Below, one piece after another: positions 24,465 through 36,482 of a stretch of DNA of 64,000 nt. Position numbers and translations under genes: made by a program. Source of the DNA: Lama guanicoe (Eukaryota); NCBI GenBank assembly GCA_013239625.1, contig MU053934.1:11937413-12001412 (forward strand). The letters are read 5' to 3'. How positions within the stretch are numbered: the stretch's first letter is position 1; every line of letters starts with the position of its first letter. The notes under the pieces are model-generated. The model ran no database searches, had not been told where the DNA came from, and saw only the letters and a list, made by a program, of their open reading frames with translations.

Positions 24465-24760
24465 CTGTGAAGAAAAACAGCTGTGGCTTTAAAAGGGGAA
24501 AAGTGCTTGTTTTTATCACATAAGAAATCTTCAGGACTGGGCGTGCATCAAGGACCTAGCCTCCATCCATCTCGTGGCTCTGTGACTCCCCACACGGTCC
24601 AAGGTGGCTGCTCCAGCTCTGTCCACCACACCCACACTCCAGCCAGCAGAAGGAAGAAGCTCCTCCCACGCAGAGGACGTTTCCAGGAGTGACACTCCAA
24701 TCACTTCCCGCTGATCTGGCCTCCCCTAGCCGCAAAGGAGCCTGGAGGCTGTGGACATTA
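24465..24760. mobile_element. MaLR (MLT1J-like) LTR remnant
   Basis: ggtggctgctccagctct...tccagccagcagaaggaagaag...cctagccgcaaaggagcctggag resembles MLT1 motifs (recognised from memory). Confidence 0.5.
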
Positions 24761-26837
24761 CTGCAAGAGGCTTCATCACAACACAAAGAGATGTGGTGCA
24801 GGGAGGTCAGGTGGAGTCTCGGCCACCTCTTCTGCAGCTGGTGCTGAGGGGGAGCTGCTCCCCACACCACAGAATTCGGCTCTGGAAGCATGAGGCCCAA
24901 GGACCCCTGCTCTGGGGGTCTCAGCTGCCCACTGCTGGAGCTCCTCTGGGGGTCGTGGGAGGGGCTGGGGTCTGAGCAAGGGTGGCAAGACCTGTCCCCA
25001 CAAGTCTCCCCAGGCTGGGATCAGCCCCGGAGAGGCAGAGAGGGGTTAACGGCTTTGGTTTCTGGGGAAAAGTGAGGAAAGGGGGAGACCTCTGCCCCCC
25101 CCCCCCCCCCCCCCCACAGCACCAGGTTCAGGAGCAGAACATCCATCCATCCCACCCGGAAGGGGAGACCCCAAGAGGACACATCTGGGAGTACATGGCC
25201 CTGGAAGGGGGGCCCTGGAGAGGGCACATTGGAGGTGGGGGGTCCCCGGAGAGAGCTTGTGGGGGGACACGAGCTGTCTGCTGTGGGGAAACCCTGGTCA
25301 CCACCCACAGAACTGGGGAGGGGGCCGCACCACGTGGTCAGACCCTGCCCAGGGGAACAGGGCCAGGAGCCCAGCCACATGGCGAGAACCGTCTATACTG
25401 TCCTAGACACGAAACGCCCCAGGCTGGCCATGGCTCTGACCCTGCACTCACAGCAGCACCAGGTCAGTGGGCACTCTGTGGATGCCGGGGCCACATACCC
25501 AGACCACGAGACCCCAGTGTCCACCGGCGTCCCCCCTGGCCCCGAGTTCACAGGGCCTGGGGCCCTGGCAGCAGGTCACATCGGATTAACTACAGGTTTC
25601 AAGGAGAAACCGTCAGCCCTCCTGGGGCTGGGGACCCAAGAGCACGCCTAGCCTCCAGCCTCAAAGGGGCCGACACCTCTGCTGGGCCCAGGCCCCCAGC
25701 CACCCCTAGGGACCCACCTGCACTCTGAAGCCATCCCTTCAGCCCCTCCGCCTCCCCATATAGCCCCTGGGGACCACCCACCCCCACCCACCCCTTGACT
25801 GGCCCCCGGAGGCCTAGGACACCTGCTCACAAGCCAGAACCAAAGACCCCAAAGCCCGCTGTCCCCACCTTAAGCCACCCTGCAAGGGACAGGCCTCCAG
25901 AACATCCAAGAAATGCCTCAACTCAGCCTGAGCAGTGGTCAGACATGAAGAGACACCTGTGCAAAGAGCAAGAGGCGGGGAGGCGCCCCTGCCCCGGCCG
26001 ACACACCACAGGGGCGTGCACCGGCCCCCTGCACCCCTTCCCAGTTCCCATCCCCCCGTCCTTGCGCTGTGTCTGAAGTTGCTTTTGATAAACTCAAGAA
26101 GGATGTGCCAGAAGCAGCAGAGGGAGATGGGCATGTCTGGTCCTGGCAGACTCGACTCCGACGTTCTCTACGCTGTAAAACACCTCAAGGAAAAAGAAGC
26201 CGTTGCCAGGAGCCCCAGGGCCCCGTGGTGCTTGACCCAAGCTGGCAGTGGGGCCCAGGAGGTCCCACTAAGACCCAGGGTGCCCGCCGCCCCAGACAGT
26301 ATGGTCCACCACCAGCCCCAAGCCCCTGCTGAGGGTTGGGGCCAAGGCACAGCCATGCCCAGTGTGGGGCAGTCAGGGCAGAGCCGAGCTTCCGAGAAGG
26401 AGGGGCCTACTTGGGCTGCCCTGGGCCATCAGAGGAGCCCAGTCCTCAGGGCTGCGTGCTGCCTGGGGAGAGGTCCCAGGGGCAGGGGGCCCAAGGAGGC
26501 TCCTGGGATGCTGGGAAGGTCCTGGGCACACAGGGACAAGCTGGACCCCTCCCAGCGGGTGCTCGGTGGGAGGCCCAGATGGGGAGTGGCGGCGAGGGCC
26601 AGCTCCAGTGGGGTGGGCAGACCGCGGCGGCACCTCCCTCTGACCCCCTCCAGACTGGGGCGGGGATCTGGGTGTGAAGCCCAAGCTCTGCCCCAACGTG
26701 GAGTGCAGCCCGCATCCCCTGCCCCCGCTCCGACCACAGCGGGGGCCTCGCTGGCAGTGACACAAGCCCCAGGGCCCGGGAGCCACGGCAGAGAAAGCGT
26801 CTGTCAGACGGGGGACAAAATTATCAAAGGAGGATGT

Positions 26838-26843
26838 TTTATT
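26838..26843 (-). terminator. Distal polyadenylation signal AATAAA
   Basis: Plus-strand tttatt; followed on the minus strand by U-rich ctttgataattttgtc; marks the end of the AT-rich block. Confidence 0.65.
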
Positions 26844-27102
26844 TCCAAGTTTCTATGGAGATGTTACAAACAATGGTGACTGAAAAGAAAAAGCGCTTTA
26901 AAATCTGACCTACCGCTTTAAAATAAAAATTCGATTAGGTAAAATAATAAATAACGACACTGAAGCTTTCGAGAGGAAGGCGTGTCGCGCTCCGCTGGGA
27001 CCCTCACCCTAACCCCCCACCCCCGCAGGGCCGCCAGCACGCACACCCGCCCCGCGCTCCAGTGATGCAGGAATGAAAGGGCCACACCGTCCAAATCTTG
27101 AC

Positions 27103-27108
27103 TTTATT
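27103..27108 (-). terminator. Proximal polyadenylation signal AATAAA
   Basis: Plus-strand tttatt; followed on the minus strand by GU-containing gatttggacggtgtgg. Confidence 0.7.
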
Positions 27109-27982
27109 TTTTAATATAAAAAATGCAATTTTGGAAACCCACCCTACCTTTTCCCGTAACATAATGCTTTACCTCTTAAAAATAAAAATAAAGTACTAAT
27201 TCTATATACATCACATGTACCATACAAAAATGTATCCAAAGTTTCTATTGCTACCAAAGTGTCCTAAATTAAAACAAGTTACAGAAAGCCCCGCATTGTA
27301 AACAAAAGATTACAAGTTACAAAATCAAAGAACACACAGCCAGAGTCATTTACACAACAAACAACACATCCTGCTCCCAAAGCAAGTTGGATCTGTATGT
27401 GCCTGTATAAAAATGCATAGCAATATACTTCTGCAAGTTTATTTCTCCTTATAAAGCAAATGAATACACTTTCTACAATAAATAATCCGCTGGTAGGCAC
27501 ACCCGTGGGAGGCTGGCGGGGGGCCTCCTGGGGGCGGCGGAGTGTTTTTGGTGATTTGCAGGTGATGCACAAGCATAAATTTATCCTCCACCTCTTTCCA
27601 CAAAGTACCATTCAAAATAATGTCGTTTTCTTTCTTAAAATACACATTTGTCATTGTAAATTTACATCCCGTCTTATTAAATAAGTGGTACTCTGTGTAA
27701 AGAGTATGATTCACAAAATTATTAAACATTCAAAAGTCTTCTTAAAAAAAAGCTACAGATCAAAGAAAGTGGCACAAGCACGTCCTCCACTGCGACCCGC
27801 GGGCACAGCTCCCCCGAGGGCACGCCCGCGCCACCCACCGCGCCCAGCGGGACGGTGTCGTAGAAAACGGCAAGTGAAGCCCTCCCTCCCCGGGAAAGGA
27901 CTAAGCCAACTCTAAAACTCAGAATAAGTTAAGTGGTGAAGCATGTACAGCATGTACAGCGCGCGGAACCACGCACAGGCGC

Positions 27983-28166
27983 TCAGTCCACGTCGCTGAG
28001 GTCGCTGGCCGGCTCGCCATGCACACGGCTCAGATGGGTCATGGCGCGGTCGAAGGCAACGCGCACGGCCTTGCGGATGCTGGAGTTCCTCCCCTCCATC
28101 ATCTTCAACTTGTCGATCGTCTCGTCCACACCCAGGGGGACCATCTTAGACTTGGGGAGCCACTGC
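27983..28166 (-). CDS. BRD1: BRD1 last coding exon (184 nt to stop), end of PWWP domain
   Basis: (W)QWLPKSKMVPLGVDETIDKLKMMEGRNSSIRKAVRVAFDRAMTHLSRVHGEPASDLSDVD*; tttaaaag|G; TGA at 27983-27985. Confidence 0.96.
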
Positions 28167-28834
28167 CTTTTAAAGGGGGAGACGCACGGTGAGGCTGGCG
28201 CAGCAGCGTCACCCCCTCCTCGCAACCCCCACCCCCCCACGGCAGTGTCAGCCTGGGGCACCGCCTCTCCTCGCCACTGCCCAGGGGCCGCCAGGCCCCT
28301 CACCACCCCTACCAAGGGGCACACAGGCCAACCACACGGGCACTCACTCAGCGAGGGTGGGGGCAGGGTGGCTCGGGGAGACCCAACAACGCCCCAGCGG
28401 TGGGGCAGCCCGAGGACCGGACCAGGCCCGGCCGAGTCGCTGTCTGGGTCTGAGCAGGAGGGGGTCAGGGTGAGGGAGCAGGCGGGCCGGGGTGCTGACA
28501 GCCACCACCCAGCAAGACGCACAAAGCCAATTCAGCTGCACTTGCCAATGCGGCCAGCCCCACACACCCAGCAGCCTCGGGCACAGAAAGGGCCACAGCT
28601 CTGAGGGGCACAGGAGCCCAGTGCAGGGGGCGTGTGGAGACAGTGCCCACGGGCACTCGGGGTCGGGGCCGTGGCACGTTTGGGGCCCCCTAGGCGGGGC
28701 ATCTCCTGGCAGGGTCTGGGAGCCCACACGGACCCACGCAGGACACAGGCAGGAGGGAGTGGAGCTGCGCACCGCGCCCAAGGTCAGGACGACAGGGCTC
28801 CTGCGGCATCCGCACAGCCATCACTCGCACTCAC

Positions 28835-28989
28835 CAGCTTCTCTTGTTGTCGAAAAAGAGGACAAGGAAGAGCTTCTCGTCAGCCTTGGTCTGCATGTGC
28901 TCACCTATCTTCAGCACGTCCAGTGGCGGGGCTGGGATGGTGACCCCGTTGTGGTGGCCGGGCACACGTGGCATCTTGGGGTCGATGAT
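28835..28989 (-). CDS. BRD1: BRD1 exon 12 (155 nt), PWWP domain
   Basis: [51 protein letters not shown](W); cttggcag|ATC and CTG|gtgagt. Confidence 0.96.
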
Positions 28990-29147
28990 CTGCCAAGGGA
29001 GGACCCGCGATCACAGCTGCAACCTTGCACCTGCACCCCTGAGGAGTTTCGGGCCCCACCGACACCCCGACACCCCGACACCCGCATGGGGGCCCCAGCA
29101 CCTGCCCCGCCCCCCCGACACACAGCTTCTGCCTGCCCACAGCTCAC

Positions 29148-29257
29148 CAGGGCCGGGTAGGAAGGGTAGCCGCTGCACTTGGCCCACACGACCTTCAGGG
29201 GCTCGAGAACGGAGGCTGCTGCGTCGGTTGAAATCCACATGCTGTTCTGACCGACTT
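29148..29257 (-). CDS. BRD1: BRD1 exon 11 (110 nt), start of PWWP domain
   Basis: (E)VGQNSMWISTDAAASVLEPLKVVWAKCSGYPSYPAL, with the BRPF-type YPSYP motif; ccccag|AA and CTG|gtgagc. Confidence 0.96.
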
Positions 29258-29956
29258 CTGGGGGGAGGGGGTGGGGGAGCATCAGCAGAGCCCCCAGGAC
29301 CTGACACAGCCGCCCAGCCAACGCCGCCCAGGGCAGCAGAGAGCCCCTGCAGCCACATCACCCTGTGTCCTCAGCCCGCCCCAGCTCAAGGGCCTCTGGC
29401 CTCCAGGTGCCCAACAAGCTCCCCGCTTCTGAGCCCCTCCTACCAACCTCCAGGGAGGGGCTGGGCCCCCAAAGCATCTCTGTAAACTCAGAACCACAGC
29501 CTTGGCTCCCCTCAAAGACCTACCCAGCCCTGCCCTCCCCACACCCCGACTCAGAGGAACCTGCCCAACCTCTCAGCACCTCCCTCAGAAGCCCACCCAG
29601 TCCCAGCCCCCTTCTCCACGCAGCCCACGGCGGCGTTGAGCTCTCATGGCTGCATCAGCTCGCTCCACGAGGCACGGCCACTTCTCGCGGCAAGGGTGCT
29701 CCCGGCCCGACCCGCAGCCTGGCCAGCGCCAGCCCAGCACTGAAGCCCAACCCTCCTCTGGGCACTGAAGGTTGGGGGACCGCCCCCCCTGCCACCCCAT
29801 GTTCCAGGGCAAGTGACAGATGGGCCTGAACGCAGGCAGCCAAGTGTCCCACACAAACTGTCCCTGGCACCTCCAACAGCGGCTACGTGGCCCCGCTAGC
29901 AGGCCCCTGGAAACACTGGCCAGGGAGGCCGTGCGAGGGAGGCGGGGCAGACTCAC

Positions 29957-30084
29957 CAGCCGCGATCCTGGCTGCCTTGGCGTAGTTCCCGTTCTCGATG
30001 CAGGAGATCAGCTGGCTGCGGTCCTCCAGCGTGTGCCTGCGGACCAGGGCGGGCTTGCCTCGGCCACACCTGGGTGCGCTGAAA
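29957..30084 (-). CDS. BRD1: BRD1 exon 10 (128 nt)
   Basis: (S)FSAPRCGRGKPALVRRHTLEDRSQLISCIENGNYAKAARIAA; ccactgcag|T and CTG|gtgagt. Confidence 0.95.
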
Positions 30085-30457
30085 CTGCAGTGGAAACAGC
30101 AGCGTCGCAGGCAGCCCCAGAGCCGGGGGGGGCCCCCCAGAGCCAGGCGAAGGCCCCAGAAGTCGGGGGGGGGGCAGGTCGCACCCAACAAGCCTGGGGC
30201 CACACAGGGGCGCCCATGTGTGCGGGTCGTTCGCCTTCTGTGTCAGCCTCCACACACCTGACCTCTGACCTGGGACACCGCAGTCTCCATGGGGCACAGC
30301 AGGGCCTCCCTCCCCACCATCCCGATAAAAGGAAGACTTTGAGACAAAAAAAAGTTTATGAAAGTAACATCTTTACAGTCTGCTTCCCTCTTTCTGGCTA
30401 AACCCCACCAAGCAGAGCACCAGGTCACACAGGAAGCGGCACGTGGGGCACACCCAC

Positions 30458-30590
30458 CTGGAGTCGCAAAGCGGGCTGCTGCTGGAGATGCTGGACTCGG
30501 AGGCGCAGCGGCGGCGGGGCGCGGCCTTCCTCCCCGGGGCGCTGCCCAGCTCCTGCTCGCTCCTCGCACCCCCAAAGCCATTGGTGAGAC
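30458..30590 (-). CDS. BRD1: BRD1 exon 9 (133 nt)
   Basis: (G)LTNGFGGARSEQELGSAPGRKAAPRRRCASESSISSSSPLCDS; tctgttgcag|GT and CAG|gtgggt. Confidence 0.94.
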
Positions 30591-33500
30591 CTGCAACAGA
30601 GGCACCGGGCGCCTGAGCTCGGCCCCCCAGCCGGCGGCTCCGCACACCCGACCTCTGACCCGGGGCTGGGGGGCGTCGTACAGAAGCGTCCCGCGCAGCC
30701 TGGCACCCGGCGCGCCCAGAACACGGGGCACGGATGCACCCGCGGGACCAGAGACAAGGGACAGTGAACCCACAGCGGACTGGCCCAGGGAACACTGGTC
30801 TAAAGCAGCAGGCTCTCACGGCGAAGACAGCCTCGCACGGCCCCTCCCCAGACAAAGGTCGGACACCGCGCCCTCGTCAACTACGCGCCGCCCGGGCATC
30901 AGCACGTCCACGTCCCCAGCGTCTCAGCGTGAACCTCAGAAACACTCCGGAAACGCTGACACAGAAGGCGAACGACCCGCACACACGGGCGCCCCGGCTC
31001 CAGCAGCTACGAACCATCAGCACCACGGCGCGGGGCGGGGCCACGGCGTGGGGGCGGGGCCGCGGCGCGGGGGCGGGGCAGGTCAGAAGACCCCAGGAGC
31101 CCACAAAACATCTCAGCATCTGAGAAGCGTCGAGACCGAACTGCAACTCGAAGCCAAACCTCAGACCTTGCCCTGAGGGCCTGGCGTCAGGAAGCGGGAA
31201 CACCTTCCCGGTCCCGACTCTGGCTCGGCAGGTGCCGTGAGCCGCAGCCCAGGTCCCACGCCGCCAGGCCCACCCTGCTCCCCTGGGGGAGACGGCAGCT
31301 GGAAGGGCCTATTTTCTCTCCCAAAAAAGAATCCCATTCCTCGTGCTTCAAAAATTTAAAAATCCACTTCTTGAAAAGTCTCTGAAGCAGGCGGCCAGAT
31401 CACAGGGTGTTTCCATCTGCTCCGTACAGTCTTCTGCAACAAAGGGTGGCGCGTGCACCTCGGCGGCCAAGACGTGGAAACACGGAGACGGGCGGGCCTT
31501 GCCCCGCAGACGCTGGCGCTCCGCGCTCCCCGAGGGAGCTCCTCAGACGTCTCCCTCCACGTCTGCCGGACTCAGCGCCACCAGCTCTAAGAAAAACTTC
31601 GTATTTTCAATTCTAAACCTCGTTCATGTTTATAAGTGGTACCTGCGGATGGTGGTAGGTGTTACACTCACTTCTAGAATTTGGACGTTTTTAAGAGTCG
31701 ACCAAACCATATTGGAAACACGGGCCCGAGCACTGAAGCAACTGGGCTGATGCTGCGGGGTGGGAACTCGAAGAACCCACGCCGACCCACTCACCAGCAG
31801 GCCCGGGACAGTCCCTGGGAGGGCGCAGAAGGCACCGTCCAGGCTCGCCGGGACTCCACACCAGGGCAAAGAGCCCACCTCTGAGTCAGGCAAGTCAGAA
31901 TCCGCATCTGCAGAGGGACCAGTCCCCAGGCGCATGTCCAGCGCCAGCAAGGCTACGAGACCCCCACCTGCACCCTCTGGGGAAGCCTGGGACGTCAGGC
32001 ACCAGGCCAGGGGACAAGGACGCACAGCCATGAGACCTCCAGGCAAAGCAGCAGGAAGAGCCCTAGAGGGTGGCGGGGAGTCTCACCCCCTTGACAGGCA
32101 CCTGGCAAGATCCGGGGCGAGAGACAGGAGGGGCCAGTGGGCGGCGGGCGGAGGCCAGTCGGGAAGGGAACCAGCACAGAGCACGCCTAGCGGAGGTCAG
32201 ACGAGGGATGGGCCTCCCGCGTGCAGAGAGAGGACAGGACCCCGACCCAGCTGCAGAACACGGAGGAGGCCGCACTCCTGACACCCCAGGGAGACAGTAC
32301 ACGCCCACCACCCCCACACCACCACTGCCTGCAGCCGGTTTCCCAAGTGACACCCGGGAAGAAGGCCCGGAAGCACGAGTCCTCACGGGGAGACGGACGA
32401 TGACCACGTGCCCCTTCGTCTCCCTGGGGGCTTGGAGGACTCGCCTGCCCCAGGAGACAGGGCAGTCACACAGGGTTTTCCTTCCCGTGAGACCACGGAG
32501 CGCAGACAAGCCCGAGGGCACAAGGCCACTGTGGTCACACCCACATGGGCCCTGGGGCAGCCCCACCCTCGGCCGTGACCCCTCGCGCACAGGCTCACTG
32601 TCACCATCACCAGCTCCCTCCCCAGTTCCCCACGCCGCCAGCTGGCCCGCGGGTCCTGCCACCGGGGACTTGGGAGGACAGCCAGCTGGCAGGGTCAAAG
32701 ATCTGCATGGAAACGTGCCAGAGAGACGCCCATAAACGGCTGGCGTCCCCGCAGCGCTGGAGCCCCGCACCTGGCTGACTGTTACTGGCTGAGGCCCAGG
32801 TCAGGCCGCCCTGAGCCAGGCCTTCGGGGACAGGCCAGCCCTCTCCGAGACGCAAGCTGCGCCCCCAGAGCCGCCTCCTCTGCCCTAGAGTCCAGGCACA
32901 CCGGGCCTCCTGGGACACCGGCCAGCAGTGGCCCGAGTGACCTCCTCCTGAGCACCTCCTGCCCACCAGGCGGCGAGAAGCCCCCAGGCGCGCCCACAGG
33001 CATGCAGGTCAGCCGGGGTCCACGCCCGCCAGGCCCTGGCGACCTCCTGGACGGCAGACAGCCCCGCGAGAGGCAAAGCAAGCAGGGGGGGCCCGCACGC
33101 CGCCAGCCCCAGGCGTGGCTACGGGCCTCCCCTCGCAGGATGCACGCTGTCGGCCCGGCAGCACAGCGTCTGCAGCCGGCCTCTGGGAGCAGGGGGTGTG
33201 CCTCTCATCTCGTTCACACGGTTTTATTTTACCACTGGCAATAGGATTGCATTTTTGTGCGTTTTTCCACTTTCAATAAGAACACAGAAACAGCAAACAT
33301 GACCCCAACCAACTGCATTGCTTGGACCGGCTCCAGGAAGAAGCAGCAGCGGGGAAGGCTCGCCCGGACACCCGCACAAGGCGCTACTAGTCCCGCAGCC
33401 AAGACTTCGCTCACGGCAGCCGGCTTCAGGCGTGGCAACCAGAGACAGAGCTGCTCAGAGATCCACGGGACGACCAGGAGGAGCAGTGAGAGGAGAGAGA

Positions 33501-35987
33501 AGCCGGGGGAGAGGGCCCGGCGGAGACCCCGGGGTGAAGCGCCAGCAGCGCGGGAGTCGGTGTTCACGCACGGTGTCCGGGGGCTGCGGGCAGCCTGCAG
33601 TCCTTCTGGGCCTGGGCACCCCAGCCAGACCCCCTGCTCAGCTCAGACCCGGTTCCGTGCCGGCTGGGGCAGGTCAGAATCTCCATCCACGTAAGACATC
33701 CACGGAGGCGGCAGGCTCCCTCTGCACCCCGGCCAGCGGAGGACGGGCGCCTCCTGGGCACGAGCGGGCGGCCAGCTGACTTACAGAAGGGGTGGGTGGG
33801 GCGGGCCCAGCTCCTCCCAGTGCTGCTGTTTGCGTTTTGTTTGGAGGACGGCCGGACAGGTGCTCCCAACATCATCCGCAAGAATTACAGGAAAGGCAAG
33901 GACGCAGTGACCTCTGCTCCACAGTGACCACTCGCAGAACTCCAGTCCGAGTTGAGCAAGAGAAAATAATTAGGATCCAAAGAGTGAACTACCCGCATGT
34001 TAGTGGTTAAAATGAGAACCTGGAAAACAGCGAAAAAGCCATTTAGTCTGACTGAAGGCACCACCGAGCAGCCTCCAAAACCCTGAGCAGCCGAGGACTC
34101 GGAAGACTGGCAGGCGCACACGCACACACACGCACCGACACATGCACACGCACCGTGGGCGCCACGCGGCAGGGCTCTCAGGAGGCCGGGGCACGAAAGT
34201 CCTGGCCCGGCGGGTCACTATCCGGGGGAGACCAGCAGTCCCAGGAGGAAGCCGGGAGGCAGCACAGGTCCTGGAGACCGACTCCAGGAGCAGTCAGGTG
34301 CTAAAGGGTGGGCAGGAGGCCCACGGCACTGCCAGCGAGAGGGCCCGGGGGTCTCAGAATGAACAAGCCGGGTTTGCTCGAACTGCACTGTGGACACCGG
34401 ACGACTCCCTACCAGGCGGGGCACACGGATGAGCGCCGGGACGCGTCCCCAGACAGGGAAGACTGTGACTTGGAGCCAGGGGCCAGGCACGTGGAGCCCA
34501 CAGGAGGCCAAGGCGAGGCACAGCCAACAGCAGCAGGAGAGCGCCAGGCCTCATCGTGCACACTGCACCCACCGCCACTTGGGGGTCAGTTCAGTCAGGG
34601 TCATGGGCACTGACAGACGCGCCCCCAGCAAGGGCTGGGGTAACCCCCCCCGAGACTCGCCATCACCACCAAAACCTGCAGAATCCCCAGCTCAGGCCCA
34701 GAAACTGGAAGGAGGGAGCCCTGTTTTCTACGAGGGGCCCAGGAGGCCCGGAGTCCAATGGTCAGAGGCCCATGGGCAGCAAGGGAGCCAGAAGGACGGC
34801 CAGTCAGTGAGGGTCACGCTGGCCGGGACACAACACCCTTCAACCCTCCCAGTGCTGTCACCGGGACCCCCAGGTGCTGGAAACAGCAAGAGTCTCAGTA
34901 AATGTGGCTGAGAAAGGCCATGGCACAGGAGGGAACCCGAGCACTGGAACGGGGTGCGTCTGCATTGGTGTCCAAGTCGGTGGGATATTTCAGCAGCTCC
35001 GCAGGACTCGGAGACAAGACACTCCCAACAAGTCACTAAGAGCACCAGCTTGACAGCAAGGCACCCAAGGAACCGCACAGGAGCGTGAGGTTTCCATGAA
35101 ACTAACCCGCACGCAAGTTCCCTCCCACGACAGAGCACCTGTGCGCTGAGGCGCAGGCGACACACCGCCGCCTACACCGCTGGAGCCCGGCCCCCCACGC
35201 GGACGCTCCCGCCAGACGCCAGACCCCAGGACCGACGTGGGAGCGCACGGACCTCGGCCCACCCCGCCTGCTCGAGCGCGGGAGGAGAGGAGAAGCCGCG
35301 CTCCTGTGCGGACGTGAAGATGGACCCACAGCGGACACAGGCCAGGCTGTGCCCCCTGAGCAGGACCAGCGGGTGTTGAGACAAACGCCCCCAGGAGAGG
35401 CGACGGGGCGCCCCCGGACCAACAGGCACAGCCTCCACTGAGGGAGCTGGGAGGACAGGCGCTAGCTCACGCAGCGCAGGCGCGGGAGGTCAGACAGGCT
35501 GGAAGGACAGACTCCGCAATGTGGCCGAAGGCCGACGGGGCGGGGGGTGCTCTCGGTAAACGAATCAGACAAGCGTGCGCTATGAAAACTCAGCGGTGAA
35601 TGAGAAATGCCTCCGAGCGTTATTTCCGCAGGTGCCGATCCCTCGTGTCAGCACCAACCGGGCTGCTCAGGACAGCCAGAAAACGCCAGAAGGTCGTGTA
35701 AGTGCACGGACACTGCGCTGGGCACCCCCCACGCCCCGGAGCCCCTGGTCTCGGACCTCTGTGGGAGGGGACACGCAGGGCCACTGCGCCCGCCCCCCAC
35801 CCCGGCCCGTAGCCGCCCCAGACCTATGACGTACGGCTTTCCAAAAAAACACACCTTCTGTCTCCTTTTCTAGAAATTAAGAGAATTCTGGCCGAAAAGT
35901 GCAAAACCAACAGGCGGGCAGCACCTCCCAACACCTGTGCCCCGAGAGCCCCGAGAGGACGCGGCCGAAGGGCGCCCGCGCAGTTAC

Positions 35988-36092
35988 CTGTGTCCAGGCG
36001 CTTTCCCGGGGACCCCTCCTCCACCTCGGAGTCGCCGCAGGTGCTTCGCGACCTTTTTCTTGGCTGCAGAAGAGTCTCCAACCTCGGAAGGA
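35988..36092 (-). CDS. BRD1: BRD1 exon 8, short form (105 nt; BRD1-S) via an internal 3' splice site
   Basis: Internal acceptor cctttttgtctgtag|TC keeps frame: (V)LPRLETLLQPRKRSRSTCGDSEVEEGSPGKRLDT. The 390-nt difference is divisible by 3. Confidence 0.88.
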
Positions 36093-36482
36093 CTACAGAC
36101 AAAAAGGTTTTGGTCCCTAGCTGAGGAGAAGTTGGCTGGGTTTCAGTGTTCTTGGCAGACTTTGGGGGGCTTACACTTTTCGATTTGCAGAAGAGAACAG
36201 AAGTGCGTCTGTTTACATCGCTTGATGGCTCCGCCACCGCGGAGGCCGCCGCCGGCGCATCGCCACTACTGGCGAGGGAGGGCTCTGGAGGGTGTCCGAT
36301 TACCAGTGCGCTCTGAGTGCAAGTGCTATGTGATGCATTATCAAATGTGACTCTTTTGAATAGTTTACTCTGCTCTGGGTTGAGTTCTACTGGTTTGAGG
36401 GTTGGTGGTTCTGAATTAGTCTCCGAGTTTGAAGGAAGAGGTAATGCATCTGATGGTTCAAGTTTAGGGGGAGATTTATCTC
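35988..36482 (-). CDS. BRD1: BRD1 exon 8, long form (495 nt; BRD1-L)
   Basis: Acceptor aattttttcag|GA gives the open frame (G)DKSPPKLEPSDALPLPSNSETNSEPPTLKPVELNPEQSKLFKRVTFDN...KTFLSVVLPRLE...KRLDT; donor CAG|gtaact. Confidence 0.9.

Larger units (their letters stand above)
26838..27982 (-). other. BRD1: BRD1 3'UTR (AU-rich)
   Basis: Mostly AT-rich sequence after the stop codon, U-rich on the minus strand, ending at AATAAA hexamers. Confidence 0.8.

Noticed and set aside
3000..26800. Many 100-310 aa Pro/Gly/Arg-rich ORFs in the intergenic region
   Set aside because: Expected from stop-codon scarcity at high GC; no domain similarity or coherent exon structure.
31017..31036. REST/RE1-like TCAGCACCACGG
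   Set aside because: Only the left part matches; the GGACAG right half is absent.
31672..31732. Possible 61-nt stop-containing exon in intron 8 (ttgcttcag ... GAA|gtgagt)
   Set aside because: Short pyrimidine tract and poor exonic donor bases; within chance expectation without RNA data.
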